Source of the DNA: Myxococcales bacterium
GTDB taxonomy: Bacteria; Myxococcota; Myxococcia; Myxococcales; Anaeromyxobacteraceae
Direction of reading: 5' to 3'
Assembly (NCBI GenBank): GCA_038320275.1
Contig: JBBQEB010000033.1
Coordinates: 1 to 27,953, forward strand
DNA length: 27,953 nt
In this document: positions 16,522 through 24,621 of the stretch, in pieces
Layout of the letters: the number at the start of each line of letters is the position of its first letter
How positions within the stretch are numbered: position 1 is the first letter of the stretch
Notes under the pieces: generated by a model
Told to the model about the DNA's origin: nothing
The model's input: only the letters and a program-made list of their open reading frames with translations
The model's database searches: none
Position numbers and translations under genes: made by a program

Positions 16522-17393
16522 TCGTGGACCAGGCCAACCGCCTCCGAGAGCTCCTCCGCGACCGCGCGGCCTCGGCCCGGCCGCTCCGCGTCATCGCCCT
16601 GACCAGCGGGAAGGGAGGCGTGGGCAAGACGCACATCGCCTGCAACCTGGCGGTCCTCGCCGCCCGCTCCGGGCTGCGGGTGCTCGTGCTGGACGCTGAC
16701 CTCGGACTCGCCAACGCGGACATCGTCCTCGGCATGGCGCCCCACCTGCATCTGGGCGACCTGCTCGACGGCTCCGCAACCCTCGACGAGGTCATCGCGC
16801 GCGGACCGGAGGGCGTGCACGTCCTCGCCGCGGCCACCGGCGTGCAGGAGCTGACCCGACTCGACGACGCGCAGAAGCTCAGGCTGGTGGAGGCGCTGGA
16901 CGCCATCGAGGACCGCTACGATCTCGTCCTCGTCGACTGCGGCGCCGGCATCGGCGACAACGTCCTGTTCTTCGCGGGAGCGGCCCAGGAGGCTCTGCTG
17001 GTGGTCTCGCCCGAGCCCACCAGCCTGACCGACGCCTACGCGACCGTGAAGGTGCTCTCCCAGCACGCCGGGGTGAGCCGCTTCTCGCTGGTGGTGAACC
17101 AGGCGCCCACCGAGGCGCACGCGCGGGACGTCTTCCACAAGCTCACCAGCGTCACGCAGCGCTTCCTCTCCGCCCGGGTGAGCTACCTGGGGAGCCTCCC
17201 GCGGGACGAGAACCTCCCGCGCGCGCTCATGGCGCAGCGGCCGGTGCTGGAGCTCTTCCCCCGCTCTCCGGTGAGCCGCGGCCTGCAGAAGCTCGCGGAC
17301 GACCTCTTTGGCCATCCCGGGCCGCCCGCCCTCCACGGCGGGCTCAAGTTCCTCTGGGGCCGCCTGCAGCGCGACGGCGAGGCCCGGGCCTGA
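16518..17393 (+). CDS. flhG: MinD-like ATPase FlhG/FleN
   Basis: DQANRLR; TSGKGGVGKT; DADLGLAN; PEPTSLTDAYA; follows flhF. Confidence 0.93.
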   Translation: MIVDQANRLRELLRDRAASARPLRVIALTSGKGGVGKTHIACNLAVLAARSGLRVLVLDADLGLANADIVLGMAPHLHLGDLLDGSATLDEVIARGPEGVHVLAAATGVQELTRLDDAQKLRLVEALDAIEDRYDLVLVDCGAGIGDNVLFFAGAAQEALLVVSPEPTSLTDAYATVKVLSQHAGVSRFSLVVNQAPTEAHARDVFHKLTSVTQRFLSARVSYLGSLPRDENLPRALMAQRPVLELFPRSPVSRGLQKLADDLFGHPGPPALHGGLKFLWGRLQRDGEARA

Positions 17394-17395
17394 CG

Positions 17396-18085
17396 ATGCA
17401 CCGCGCGCACTCCCGCTACGCCACGGATGGCGACGGCGAGGCGGCCCTCATCGGGCGCCACGCCGCGCTCATCGACCGCGCCGCCCGGCGCATCGCCTAC
17501 CGCACCGGCGGCGCCGTCACCGCCGACGACCTCTGGTCGTCCGGCGCGCTGGGCCTGCTGGACGCCTCGCGCCGCTTCGAGCCGGGGCGCGACGTGCGCT
17601 TCGAGACCTTCGCCGAGCACCGCATCCGCGGCGCCATGCTGGATGAGCTGCGGCGGCTCGATCACTTGCCGCGGCGGCTCCGCACGCAGGCGGACGACGT
17701 GGAGAAGGCCCGCGCGCGCCTCGCGCAGTCGCTGGGGCGCGAGCCCGTGGCCGAAGAGCTGGCCGCGGAGGCGAAGCTCGATCTGGAGGAGGTGGAATCG
17801 GTGCTCGGGATCTCACAGCCGGCGCTGCCCGTCGCGGAGGAGCTGGAATCGGCCCTCCCGGGCGGAGAGGACGTGGTGGCCGCGAAGGAGATGAGCCGGG
17901 CGCTGTCGGCCGCGGTGGCGCTGCTGCCCGAGCGGCTCCAGCTCGTCCTGTCGCGCCACTACGTGGAGGGGCTCACCAACCGAGAGATCGCGAAGGTGCT
18001 GGAGGTGTCCGAGCCACGGGTGTGCCAGCTCCACGCCGAGGCGGTGGCCGAGCTTCGCCACGCCTTCCCCGCCGCCGGACGCTGA
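17396..18085 (+). CDS. fliA: Flagellar sigma factor sigma28 (FliA/WhiG family)
   Basis: DDLWSSGALGLLDA..FETFAEHRIRGAMLDELRRLDHLPR; region 4 LTNREIAKVLEVSEPRVCQLH. Confidence 0.93.
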   Translation: MHRAHSRYATDGDGEAALIGRHAALIDRAARRIAYRTGGAVTADDLWSSGALGLLDASRRFEPGRDVRFETFAEHRIRGAMLDELRRLDHLPRRLRTQADDVEKARARLAQSLGREPVAEELAAEAKLDLEEVESVLGISQPALPVAEELESALPGGEDVVAAKEMSRALSAAVALLPERLQLVLSRHYVEGLTNREIAKVLEVSEPRVCQLHAEAVAELRHAFPAAGR

Positions 18086-18091
18086 GGAGCC

Positions 18092-19303
18092 GTGGCCCGC
18101 ACCGGCATCTCGCTCTGCATGATCGTGCGGGACGAGGCGGCCATGTTGCCCGCCCTGCTGGAGAGCGTCCGCGGGCTGTGGGACGAGCTCCTGGCGGTCG
18201 ACACCGGCTCGACCGACGGCACCCCAGCGCTGCTCGCGGCCGCCGGCGCCCGGGTGCTGCACCTGCCCTGGACGGGCGACTTCTCGGCGGCGCGAAATGC
18301 GGGCCTCGACGCCGCCTGGGGCGAGCACCTCCTCGTGCTCGACGCGGACGAGCGCGTGAGCCCCGGGCTCGCGGAGGAGCTCCGGCGCGCCGCGGCGGAC
18401 CCGGCCTGCGGCGCCGCTTCACTGGTCGTGGAGAGCCCGCTCCCGCACGGCCACGTGCGGCGCTCGCGGATGGTGCGGATGTTCCGGCGCGACCCGGCGG
18501 TGCGCTACCGGCACGCGATCCACGAGGACGTGAGCGAGGCCTCGGCCGCCTACCTCGCCCGCACCGGGCTACAGCGGCTCGACCTCTCCGCGCCGCTCCT
18601 GCACCTGGGGTACGTGCGCGAGCACGCCCTGTCCCGGAACAAGAAGGAGCGCGACGTCGGGCTCTTGCGCGCCGCCCTGGCGCGCGACGGGAGCGACCTC
18701 TACGCCCGCCTGAAGCTCCTCGAGCAGGCACGGTTCTGGGGGGATGCATCGCTCCTCGCCGAGGCGGCCGAGGAGACCGCCCGCCACCTCTCCGCGGTGG
18801 GGCCGGGCGCGCTGGCCGGGATCCCGTGGGCGGGAGAGCTCCTCGCCCTCGCCGTGGACGGGCTCGGGCTCGGTCCGGGCGCGGCGGCGGCCTGGCTCGA
18901 CCGCCTCGTTGCGGAGGTCACGCCTTCGGCCGCCTTCTTCCTGCGCCGGGGAGAGCTGCGGGAGCTTTCGGGCGACGCGCGTGGCGCGGGCGAAGACTTC
19001 GAGCGGTGCCTCGCCCTGGAGGGCGCCACCGGCCACGTGCAGCTCGCCACGGTGAGGCCGCTGCTCGGCCTGGCGCGGCTCGCGCTGGCGCGGGGCGACG
19101 TTTCCGCGACGGCTCGCGCAGTCGATCTCGCGCTGGCCCGGGCACCGCTCGATCCCGAGGCGCTCCTCCTCGCCGCGGTCCTTCATCGCGCGCTGGGGGG
19201 TCCAACCGGGCTGGCGCGCTTCGGCGAGGAGCGGCGCGCGCTGGGCGGGGACGCACCGGAGCTCGCCGCAGCCCTGCGCGAGGCCGAGGCGCTGGCGGGG
19301 TGA
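18092..19303 (+). CDS. Family 2 glycosyltransferase with TPR-like C-terminus (candidate flagellin glycosyltransferase)
   Basis: ISLCMIVRDEA..VDTGSTDGT..DFSAARN..LVLDADE (DxD)..IHE; helical TPR-like C-terminal half. Confidence 0.85.
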   Translation: MARTGISLCMIVRDEAAMLPALLESVRGLWDELLAVDTGSTDGTPALLAAAGARVLHLPWTGDFSAARNAGLDAAWGEHLLVLDADERVSPGLAEELRRAAADPACGAASLVVESPLPHGHVRRSRMVRMFRRDPAVRYRHAIHEDVSEASAAYLARTGLQRLDLSAPLLHLGYVREHALSRNKKERDVGLLRAALARDGSDLYARLKLLEQARFWGDASLLAEAAEETARHLSAVGPGALAGIPWAGELLALAVDGLGLGPGAAAAWLDRLVAEVTPSAAFFLRRGELRELSGDARGAGEDFERCLALEGATGHVQLATVRPLLGLARLALARGDVSATARAVDLALARAPLDPEALLLAAVLHRALGGPTGLARFGEERRALGGDAPELAAALREAEALAG

Positions 19304-19304
19304 A

Positions 19305-19356
19305 TCGCGACGACGACCTCGACCTCGACTGCGACCAAGAGCCGCGAGCCCGACCA
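19305..19356 (+). repeat. Short TCGACC-family repeat patch
   Basis: tcgcgacgacgacctcgacctcgactgcgacc...cccgacc just after the glycosyltransferase stop. Confidence 0.55.
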
Positions 19357-19408
19357 GGACTTGCGCCGCTCCCCTTCGCGCGCGAGATCTCCTTCCCAAG
19401 GAGATCCC

Positions 19409-19990
19409 ATGCACACGAAAGTCGGAGCGCTGTTCGTCGTCGCCGCACTCGCCTGCGCCTCGTCGGCCCAGTCGGGCCGCAAGGGAGGCACCCGGGCGGC
19501 GCCGATGCCCAACGGCATGAACGCGCAGGCACGGCAGACCCTCGCCGCCAGCTGCCCCATGGACGTCCCGGACACGACCGTGGCGGAGGCCGACACGCCG
19601 GAGGGCGCCGCCATCACCTTCACCACCGCCTCGGGACGAACGGACGAGCTGCGCAATCGGGTGCGGTCGATGGCCGCGGTCCACAATGAGAGCCGGGGCG
19701 CGGGCGGAAGCCTGGGCGGAGGCCAGCCGCTCCCCGTCGCCTTCGCTCCGGGGCCGGACGCGACCGCCGCCGCCGCCGGGATGCACGAGGAGGGAATGGC
19801 CCCGCCGGCGTCCAGCGTCTCGGTGGAGGACGTGTCGAACGGCGCGCGGGTGCTCGTTCGCCCCGACACCGCGGCCGACCTGCCGCGCCTGCAGCAGATG
19901 GTGCGGATGCGCGTCGAGCACCTGCGCACCAGCGGCTGTGAGATGGGCGCCGCGCCGGGAGCGCCGGGCGCCGCTACTCCGGCGCGTTGA
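19409..19990 (+). CDS. Hypothetical secreted protein/lipoprotein with an internally duplicated module
   Basis: AAGGAG RBS; MHTKVGALFVVAALAC signal-like peptide ending in Cys; G/C-ending codons. Confidence 0.7.
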   Translation: MHTKVGALFVVAALACASSAQSGRKGGTRAAPMPNGMNAQARQTLAASCPMDVPDTTVAEADTPEGAAITFTTASGRTDELRNRVRSMAAVHNESRGAGGSLGGGQPLPVAFAPGPDATAAAAGMHEEGMAPPASSVSVEDVSNGARVLVRPDTAADLPRLQQMVRMRVEHLRTSGCEMGAAPGAPGAATPAR

Positions 19991-20393
19991 ACCGGAGCGT
20001 CGCCACCTCGTCGGCGGTGCGCCGCTCGCGCAGCGCGAGCTCGTCGAGGATCTCGGCCCGGCGGCGGCCCTGGACGCGCTCGACGATCTCCTTGCCCTGG
20101 TGCGCCGTCGCGTAGCCGTCGCGGGCAGTATTCTCGTGCCGGCTCGCGGAGATGACGTCCGCCTCGGCGTTGCGCACCGCCTGCAGCGCACGGCGTCGCG
20201 CCAGCTCGTCGAGCTGCCAGAGCTCCACCGGGCCGGCGCGGCGGGCGTCCACCCGCGTCACCCGCACCGCGTCCTCCAGGCGGACCTGGGCCTTTCCCAC
20301 CGAGGCCTGTGCCCTGGCGAGCTTCGCGAGCGCCTCCTCCTCCACCTTCTCCCGGAGCTGCACCACCCGGTCGAGGCGCGTCCTCGGGGTCAT
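19974..20393 (-). CDS. fliJ: Probable flagellar export chaperone FliJ
   Basis: 139-aa coiled coil; RLDRVVQLREKVEEEALAKLA and C-terminal ERRTADEVATLRF match the FliJ pattern; GGAGGTG RBS. Confidence 0.75.
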   Translation of the reverse strand: MTPRTRLDRVVQLREKVEEEALAKLARAQASVGKAQVRLEDAVRVTRVDARRAGPVELWQLDELARRRALQAVRNAEADVISASRHENTARDGYATAHQGKEIVERVQGRRRAEILDELALRERRTADEVATLRFNAPE

Positions 20394-20429
20394 CTCACCT
20401 CCACGCACGACGTCATGCGCGAAGGGCGT

Positions 20430-20445
20430 TGCGAGCGGTGGGCCA
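20430..20445 (-). promoter_or_regulatory. Putative sigma54 promoter for fliJ
   Basis: Minus strand TGGCCCACCGCTCGCA = GG-N10-GC. Confidence 0.55.
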
Positions 20446-20484
20446 GCGCGCGCGGGCCGTGGGACCGCTTCTAGATCGCCAGCG

Positions 20485-20514
20485 CGGTGACGCGACCGTC
20501 ACCGGGCCGCCGCC
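20485..20514. promoter_or_regulatory. Palindrome plus candidate activator site (copy 2) between divergent fliJ and flgF
   Basis: CGGTGACG-cgac-CGTCACCG perfect inverted repeat (20485-20504) overlapping GTCACCGGGCCGCCGCC (20498-20514). Confidence 0.45.
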
Positions 20515-20625
20515 AGGGGCCGGCCAGCCCTGCCCAGCACGCTGCTGCCCTTGCCCGGCGAAGGCCGTTCCTTGCCCTCACCTGCCGCTCTCTCGAGCGC
20601 CTCTGCCGCAGCGACACCGCGCTCC

Positions 20626-20640
20626 GGCCCGAAGCTTGCT
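20626..20640 (+). promoter_or_regulatory. Putative sigma54 promoter for the flgF operon
   Basis: GGCCCGAAGCTTGCT = GG-N10-GC with TTGCT, ending 22 bp upstream of flgF ATG. Confidence 0.7.
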
Positions 20641-20661
20641 TCTGGGCTCCGCGGGAGAACC

Positions 20662-21369
20662 ATGGCAGACGGAATCTATGTGAGCATGTGTGGGGCCGCG
20701 GCGCGGAGCGAGCAGCTCGACGCCATCGCCGACAACCTCGCCAACGCGCAGACCCCCGGGTTCAAGGCAGCCCGCCCGGCCTTCGCGAGCTTCCTCCCGG
20801 CGAGCGGCGCCGCCGACAAGGCGTACCCCGCGGCGGTGGCCACCGCCTTCGACCTGAGACCCGGGCCGACTTCGCAGACGGGCAACCCGCTCGACATCCT
20901 CCCGGAGGACGGCGCGTTCCTCGCGGTCCAGACGCCGGCGGGCACGGCCTACACGCGCGACGGCCGGCTCGCCATCGATGGCGACCACCGCCTGGTGCAG
21001 AACGGGCACCCGGTGCTCGACCGCGGGGGGAGCCCCATCAGCGTTCCGCCGGGCGTGCAGCCCACCGTCGATGCCGATGGGACGGTGCGGGCGGCGGGGC
21101 AGGCGGTGGCCCAGCTCGGCGTCTTCAAGCTGGACGGCCCGGTCGATCGCGTCGGGCCAGCCCTGCTCGCCAGCGGGCGCGGCGGCAAGGCGGAGGCGGT
21201 GGAGGGCGGGCGCGTGCACGTGGGCGAGCTCGAGCTCGGCAACTCGGGCGCGCTCGAGGCCACCGTGCAGCTCATCGCCGCGCAGCGCCAGTTCGAGGCC
21301 TCCATGCAGGCCATCCAGACCTACCGCAGCCTCGACCAGCGCTCCACCGAAGTCGGCCGCGTGAAGTAG
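20662..21369 (+). CDS. flgF: Flagellar basal-body rod protein FlgF
   Basis: MADGIYVSMCG..IADNLANAQTPGFK; QTGNPLD; YTRDG; GGGAG RBS before ATG 20662; precedes flgG. Confidence 0.88.
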   Translation: MADGIYVSMCGAAARSEQLDAIADNLANAQTPGFKAARPAFASFLPASGAADKAYPAAVATAFDLRPGPTSQTGNPLDILPEDGAFLAVQTPAGTAYTRDGRLAIDGDHRLVQNGHPVLDRGGSPISVPPGVQPTVDADGTVRAAGQAVAQLGVFKLDGPVDRVGPALLASGRGGKAEAVEGGRVHVGELELGNSGALEATVQLIAAQRQFEASMQAIQTYRSLDQRSTEVGRVK

Positions 21370-21400
21370 CGCCGCGACAGAACCTCACCGAGGAGACCCC

Positions 21401-22186
21401 ATGCTTCGCTGCCTCTACACCGCCGCCACCGGGATGAACGCCCAGCAGCTCAAGATGGACGTCATCTCGAACAACCTCGCCAACGCGAGCACCACCGGCT
21501 TCAAGAAGACCCGCGCCGAGTTCGAGGACCTGCTCTCCGAGAACATCCGCGGGGCCAGCGCGCCCGATCCGCGCGGGGGGGGCAGCCCGGCCCCGCTGCA
21601 GGTGGGCCTGGGCGTCCGCACCGGCGCCACCACCCGCTCCTTCGGGCAGGGCGAGCTCACCAATACCGGCACGCCGACGGACGTGGCCATCCAGGGCCAC
21701 GGCTTCTTCCGCGTGCAGCAGGTCTCGGGCGAGTCTGCCTACACGCGCGCGGGCAACTTCACGGTCGACTCCACCGGCCGGCTCGTCACGCAGCACGGCG
21801 AGGTGGTCGAGCCTGGCATCACCATCCCGCAGGACTCCACCGACCTCACCATCAAGGCGGACGGGACGGTCACCGCCAAGCTCTCCGGCAAGGACGATCC
21901 CACCGAGCTGGGCCAGATCGAGCTCTACGCCTTCACGAACCCCGCCGGCCTCTCCAGCGTCGGCAACAACCTCTTCGTGCAGACCGCCGGCAGCGGCGAG
22001 GCGCAGCGCTCGAAGCCGGGCGAGGGCGGCGCGGGCACGCTCGCGCAGGGCATGCTCGAGAACGCGAACGTGAAGGCGGTGGAGGAGATGATCGAGATGA
22101 TCTCCACCCAGCGCGCTTACGAGCTCAACTCGAAGGTCATCCAGACCGCCGACCAGATGCTCCAGCGGCTCACCCAGCTCCGATGA
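21401..22186 (+). CDS. flgG: Flagellar basal-body rod protein FlgG
   Basis: LYTAATGMNAQQ..ISNNLANASTTGFKK..FEDLL; YTRAGNF; QRAYELNSKVIQTADQML. Confidence 0.96.
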   Translation: MLRCLYTAATGMNAQQLKMDVISNNLANASTTGFKKTRAEFEDLLSENIRGASAPDPRGGGSPAPLQVGLGVRTGATTRSFGQGELTNTGTPTDVAIQGHGFFRVQQVSGESAYTRAGNFTVDSTGRLVTQHGEVVEPGITIPQDSTDLTIKADGTVTAKLSGKDDPTELGQIELYAFTNPAGLSSVGNNLFVQTAGSGEAQRSKPGEGGAGTLAQGMLENANVKAVEEMIEMISTQRAYELNSKVIQTADQMLQRLTQLR

Positions 22187-22809
22187 CCATGGTCTGCGCG
22201 CTCCTCACGCTGCTCTCCGCCGCCGCCGCGGGGCCCGCGCCGCCCGGCGCCGTGTCGGCCGCGGTGCGCGGCGCGCTGGCCCTCCCCAGCGCGCGCGCCG
22301 AGGTGCGGGAGGTGCGAGGGGCGCTTCCTGCGGGCTGCGCGCTCCGGGCCGCGGAGGTGGCCCGCCCCATCACCGCCTCGGGCAGGGCCGCGGTGCGGCT
22401 CCTCGGCGCCGGGAGCGGCTGCGAGGCCTGGGCCTGGGCTGACGTCGAGGTCATCGCCCCCGTGCTCGTGACCACCCGCGCGCTCGCAGCGGGGAGCCCC
22501 ATCGCAGGCGCGACCGCCATCGAGGAGCGCCCCATCGCGGCCGGGCGCCCCTACCTCGACGCTCCCCCGGAGGATGCCGTGACCTCCCGGCCCTTGCCCG
22601 CGGGCGCGCCCCTCGACGCCGGCTCCCTGCGGATCGGTCCTTCGCCCGGGGAGCCGGTGAAAGTCCTCTTCCGAACGGGCGCCCTGGAGGTCGAGAGCTC
22701 GGGGCGATCCGTCGCCTGCCACCGCGGGCTCGCCTGCGCCGTCCTCCCCTCCGGCAAGCGCGTCGAGGGCGCCTGGCACGGCGGCCGCATCGTCCTGGAT
22801 CGGTCATGA
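22183..22809 (+). CDS. flgA: P-ring formation protein FlgA (divergent)
   Basis: Signal-like N-terminus; SAF-like PVLVTTRALAAGSPI; GEPVKV..GALEVESSGR..LPSGKRVEG; lies between flgG and flgH. Confidence 0.7.
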   Translation: MTMVCALLTLLSAAAAGPAPPGAVSAAVRGALALPSARAEVREVRGALPAGCALRAAEVARPITASGRAAVRLLGAGSGCEAWAWADVEVIAPVLVTTRALAAGSPIAGATAIEERPIAAGRPYLDAPPEDAVTSRPLPAGAPLDAGSLRIGPSPGEPVKVLFRTGALEVESSGRSVACHRGLACAVLPSGKRVEGAWHGGRIVLDRS

Positions 22810-23489
22810 AGCGTCACGTCCACGTCGCCCTCGCGTTCGCAATCGCCGCCCTCGGCGCGGGCTGCGCCACCTCCACGCACATCGACAAGTACGTTCCCAA
22901 GCACCGCGAGTACGAGACGCCCACCTCCTCGGTGAAGGGGGAGGAGGCCTCGTCGCCGGGAAGCCTGTGGCGCGACTCGCGCTCCTCCGCGATGCTCTAC
23001 ACCGACGCGCGCGCTCTCCGGGAAAACGACCTCGTGGTGGTGAAGGTGGAGGAGGTGGCGGACGCGAAGCGCAGCGCCGACACCGACATGACGCACAAGT
23101 CGGACTTCAGCGCGTCCGCGGCCTTCCTCCAGGCGGCGAGCACCGGGCCGCAGATGCACCTGCAGGGCGGCTTCGACAAGCGCTTCCAGGGGCTCGGCAG
23201 CACCGCCCGGACCGAGCGTCTCACCGCGACCGTCCCCGCCATCGTCCGCAAGGTCCTCCCCAACGGCAACCTCTTCATCGAGGGGCACCGGGTGGTGCTG
23301 GTGAACTCCGAGGAGCAGCACTTCTACATCTCCGGCGTCGTCCGCCCCATCGACATCGACCAGGAGAACAGCGTCAAGAGCTCCATGGTGGCGGACGCCG
23401 AGATCGAGTTCACCGGGCGCGGCATTCTCTCCGACAACCAGCGCCAGGGCTGGGCGTCCCGCTACTTCGGCTGGATCTGGCCGTTCTGA
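22806..23489 (+). CDS. flgH: L-ring lipoprotein FlgH
   Basis: Lipobox LGAGC; PGSLW; VLPNGNLFIEG; ISGVVRPIDI..VADAEIEFTGRG; C-terminal WPF. Confidence 0.95.
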   Translation: MKRHVHVALAFAIAALGAGCATSTHIDKYVPKHREYETPTSSVKGEEASSPGSLWRDSRSSAMLYTDARALRENDLVVVKVEEVADAKRSADTDMTHKSDFSASAAFLQAASTGPQMHLQGGFDKRFQGLGSTARTERLTATVPAIVRKVLPNGNLFIEGHRVVLVNSEEQHFYISGVVRPIDIDQENSVKSSMVADAEIEFTGRGILSDNQRQGWASRYFGWIWPF

Positions 23490-23503
23490 GAGTGAGCTCC
23501 CGC

Positions 23504-24619
23504 ATGCGCCTCCGCCCGCCCGCTCTCCTCGCCGTCCTCGCTCTCCTCGCGCCCACCCAGGCCACGCCCGCAGCGCGGCTGAAGGAGCTCGCGAACGTGC
23601 AGGGCGTCCGCGACAACGAGCTCTTCGGCTACGGCCTGGTGGTCGGGCTCAACGGGTCGGGCGACTCCGAGCGCGTGCTCTTCACCCAGCAGTCGCTGGC
23701 CGGCATGCTCGGCCGGCTGGGCGTCCGGGTCGACCCGCTCCAGGTGCGCGCCCGCAACGTCGCCGCGGTGATGGTCACCACGCGTCTGCCAGCCTTCACC
23801 CGGCCCGGCACGCACCTCGACGTGAGCGTCGCCTCGCTCGGCAACGCGCGGTCGCTCGCGGGCGGGGTACTGCTCATCACCCCCCTCAACGCCGCCGACG
23901 GGCAGACCGACGTGGTGGCGCAGGGGTCGGTGCAGGTGGGCGGCTACGACGTCGCGTCCCAGGGCTCCTCGCTGAGCAAGAACACGCCCACCGCGGGGCG
24001 CATCCCGGGGGGAGCCACCGTCGAGCGCGCGGTGACGCCAAGCCTCGGCGGGGCCACCCTCCTGCTCGGCCTCATGCGCCCGGATTTCACCACCGCGAGC
24101 CGCATCGCCACCGCCGTGAACGGCGCGCTCGGCGGCAAGGGGGCGCGGGCGCTCGACCCCGCCGCGGTCGAGATCACCGTCCCCGAGGCGTACAAGGACA
24201 ACCCCGTGGGCCTCCTCGCCAAGCTGGAGGTGCTCGAGGTGGAGGCCGACGGGCGGGCGCGGGTGGTGGTCTCCGAGCGCACCGGCACCGTGGTGGCTGG
24301 AGAGCGCGTGCGCATCCGGCCGGTGGCGGTCTCGCACGGCGGTCTTCAGGTCTCGATCACCTCGCAGCCGGTGGTCTCGCAGCCTGGCCCGAGCTTCAGC
24401 CAGACGGCCAACCCGAACGCGCGCACCGTGGCAGCCAACGTCGCAGTGCCCGCCGCCAACGAGGAGTCCCGCGCCACGGTGGCCCTCCCCGCCACCACCA
24501 CCGTGCAGGAGCTCGCCAAGGCGCTCACCACCCTCGGCGCCAGCGCCCGCGACCTCGTGTCGATCCTCCAGGCCATGAAGGCCGCCGGCGCGCTGGACGC
24601 CGAGCTCGAAGTCATCTAG
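23504..24619 (+). CDS. flgI: P-ring protein FlgI
   Basis: RLKELANVQGVRDNELFGYGLVVGLNGSGD; RNVAAVMVT; ERTGTVV; ILQAMKAAGALDAELEVI. Confidence 0.96.
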   Translation: MRLRPPALLAVLALLAPTQATPAARLKELANVQGVRDNELFGYGLVVGLNGSGDSERVLFTQQSLAGMLGRLGVRVDPLQVRARNVAAVMVTTRLPAFTRPGTHLDVSVASLGNARSLAGGVLLITPLNAADGQTDVVAQGSVQVGGYDVASQGSSLSKNTPTAGRIPGGATVERAVTPSLGGATLLLGLMRPDFTTASRIATAVNGALGGKGARALDPAAVEITVPEAYKDNPVGLLAKLEVLEVEADGRARVVVSERTGTVVAGERVRIRPVAVSHGGLQVSITSQPVVSQPGPSFSQTANPNARTVAANVAVPAANEESRATVALPATTTVQELAKALTTLGASARDLVSILQAMKAAGALDAELEVI

Positions 24620-24621
24620 CG

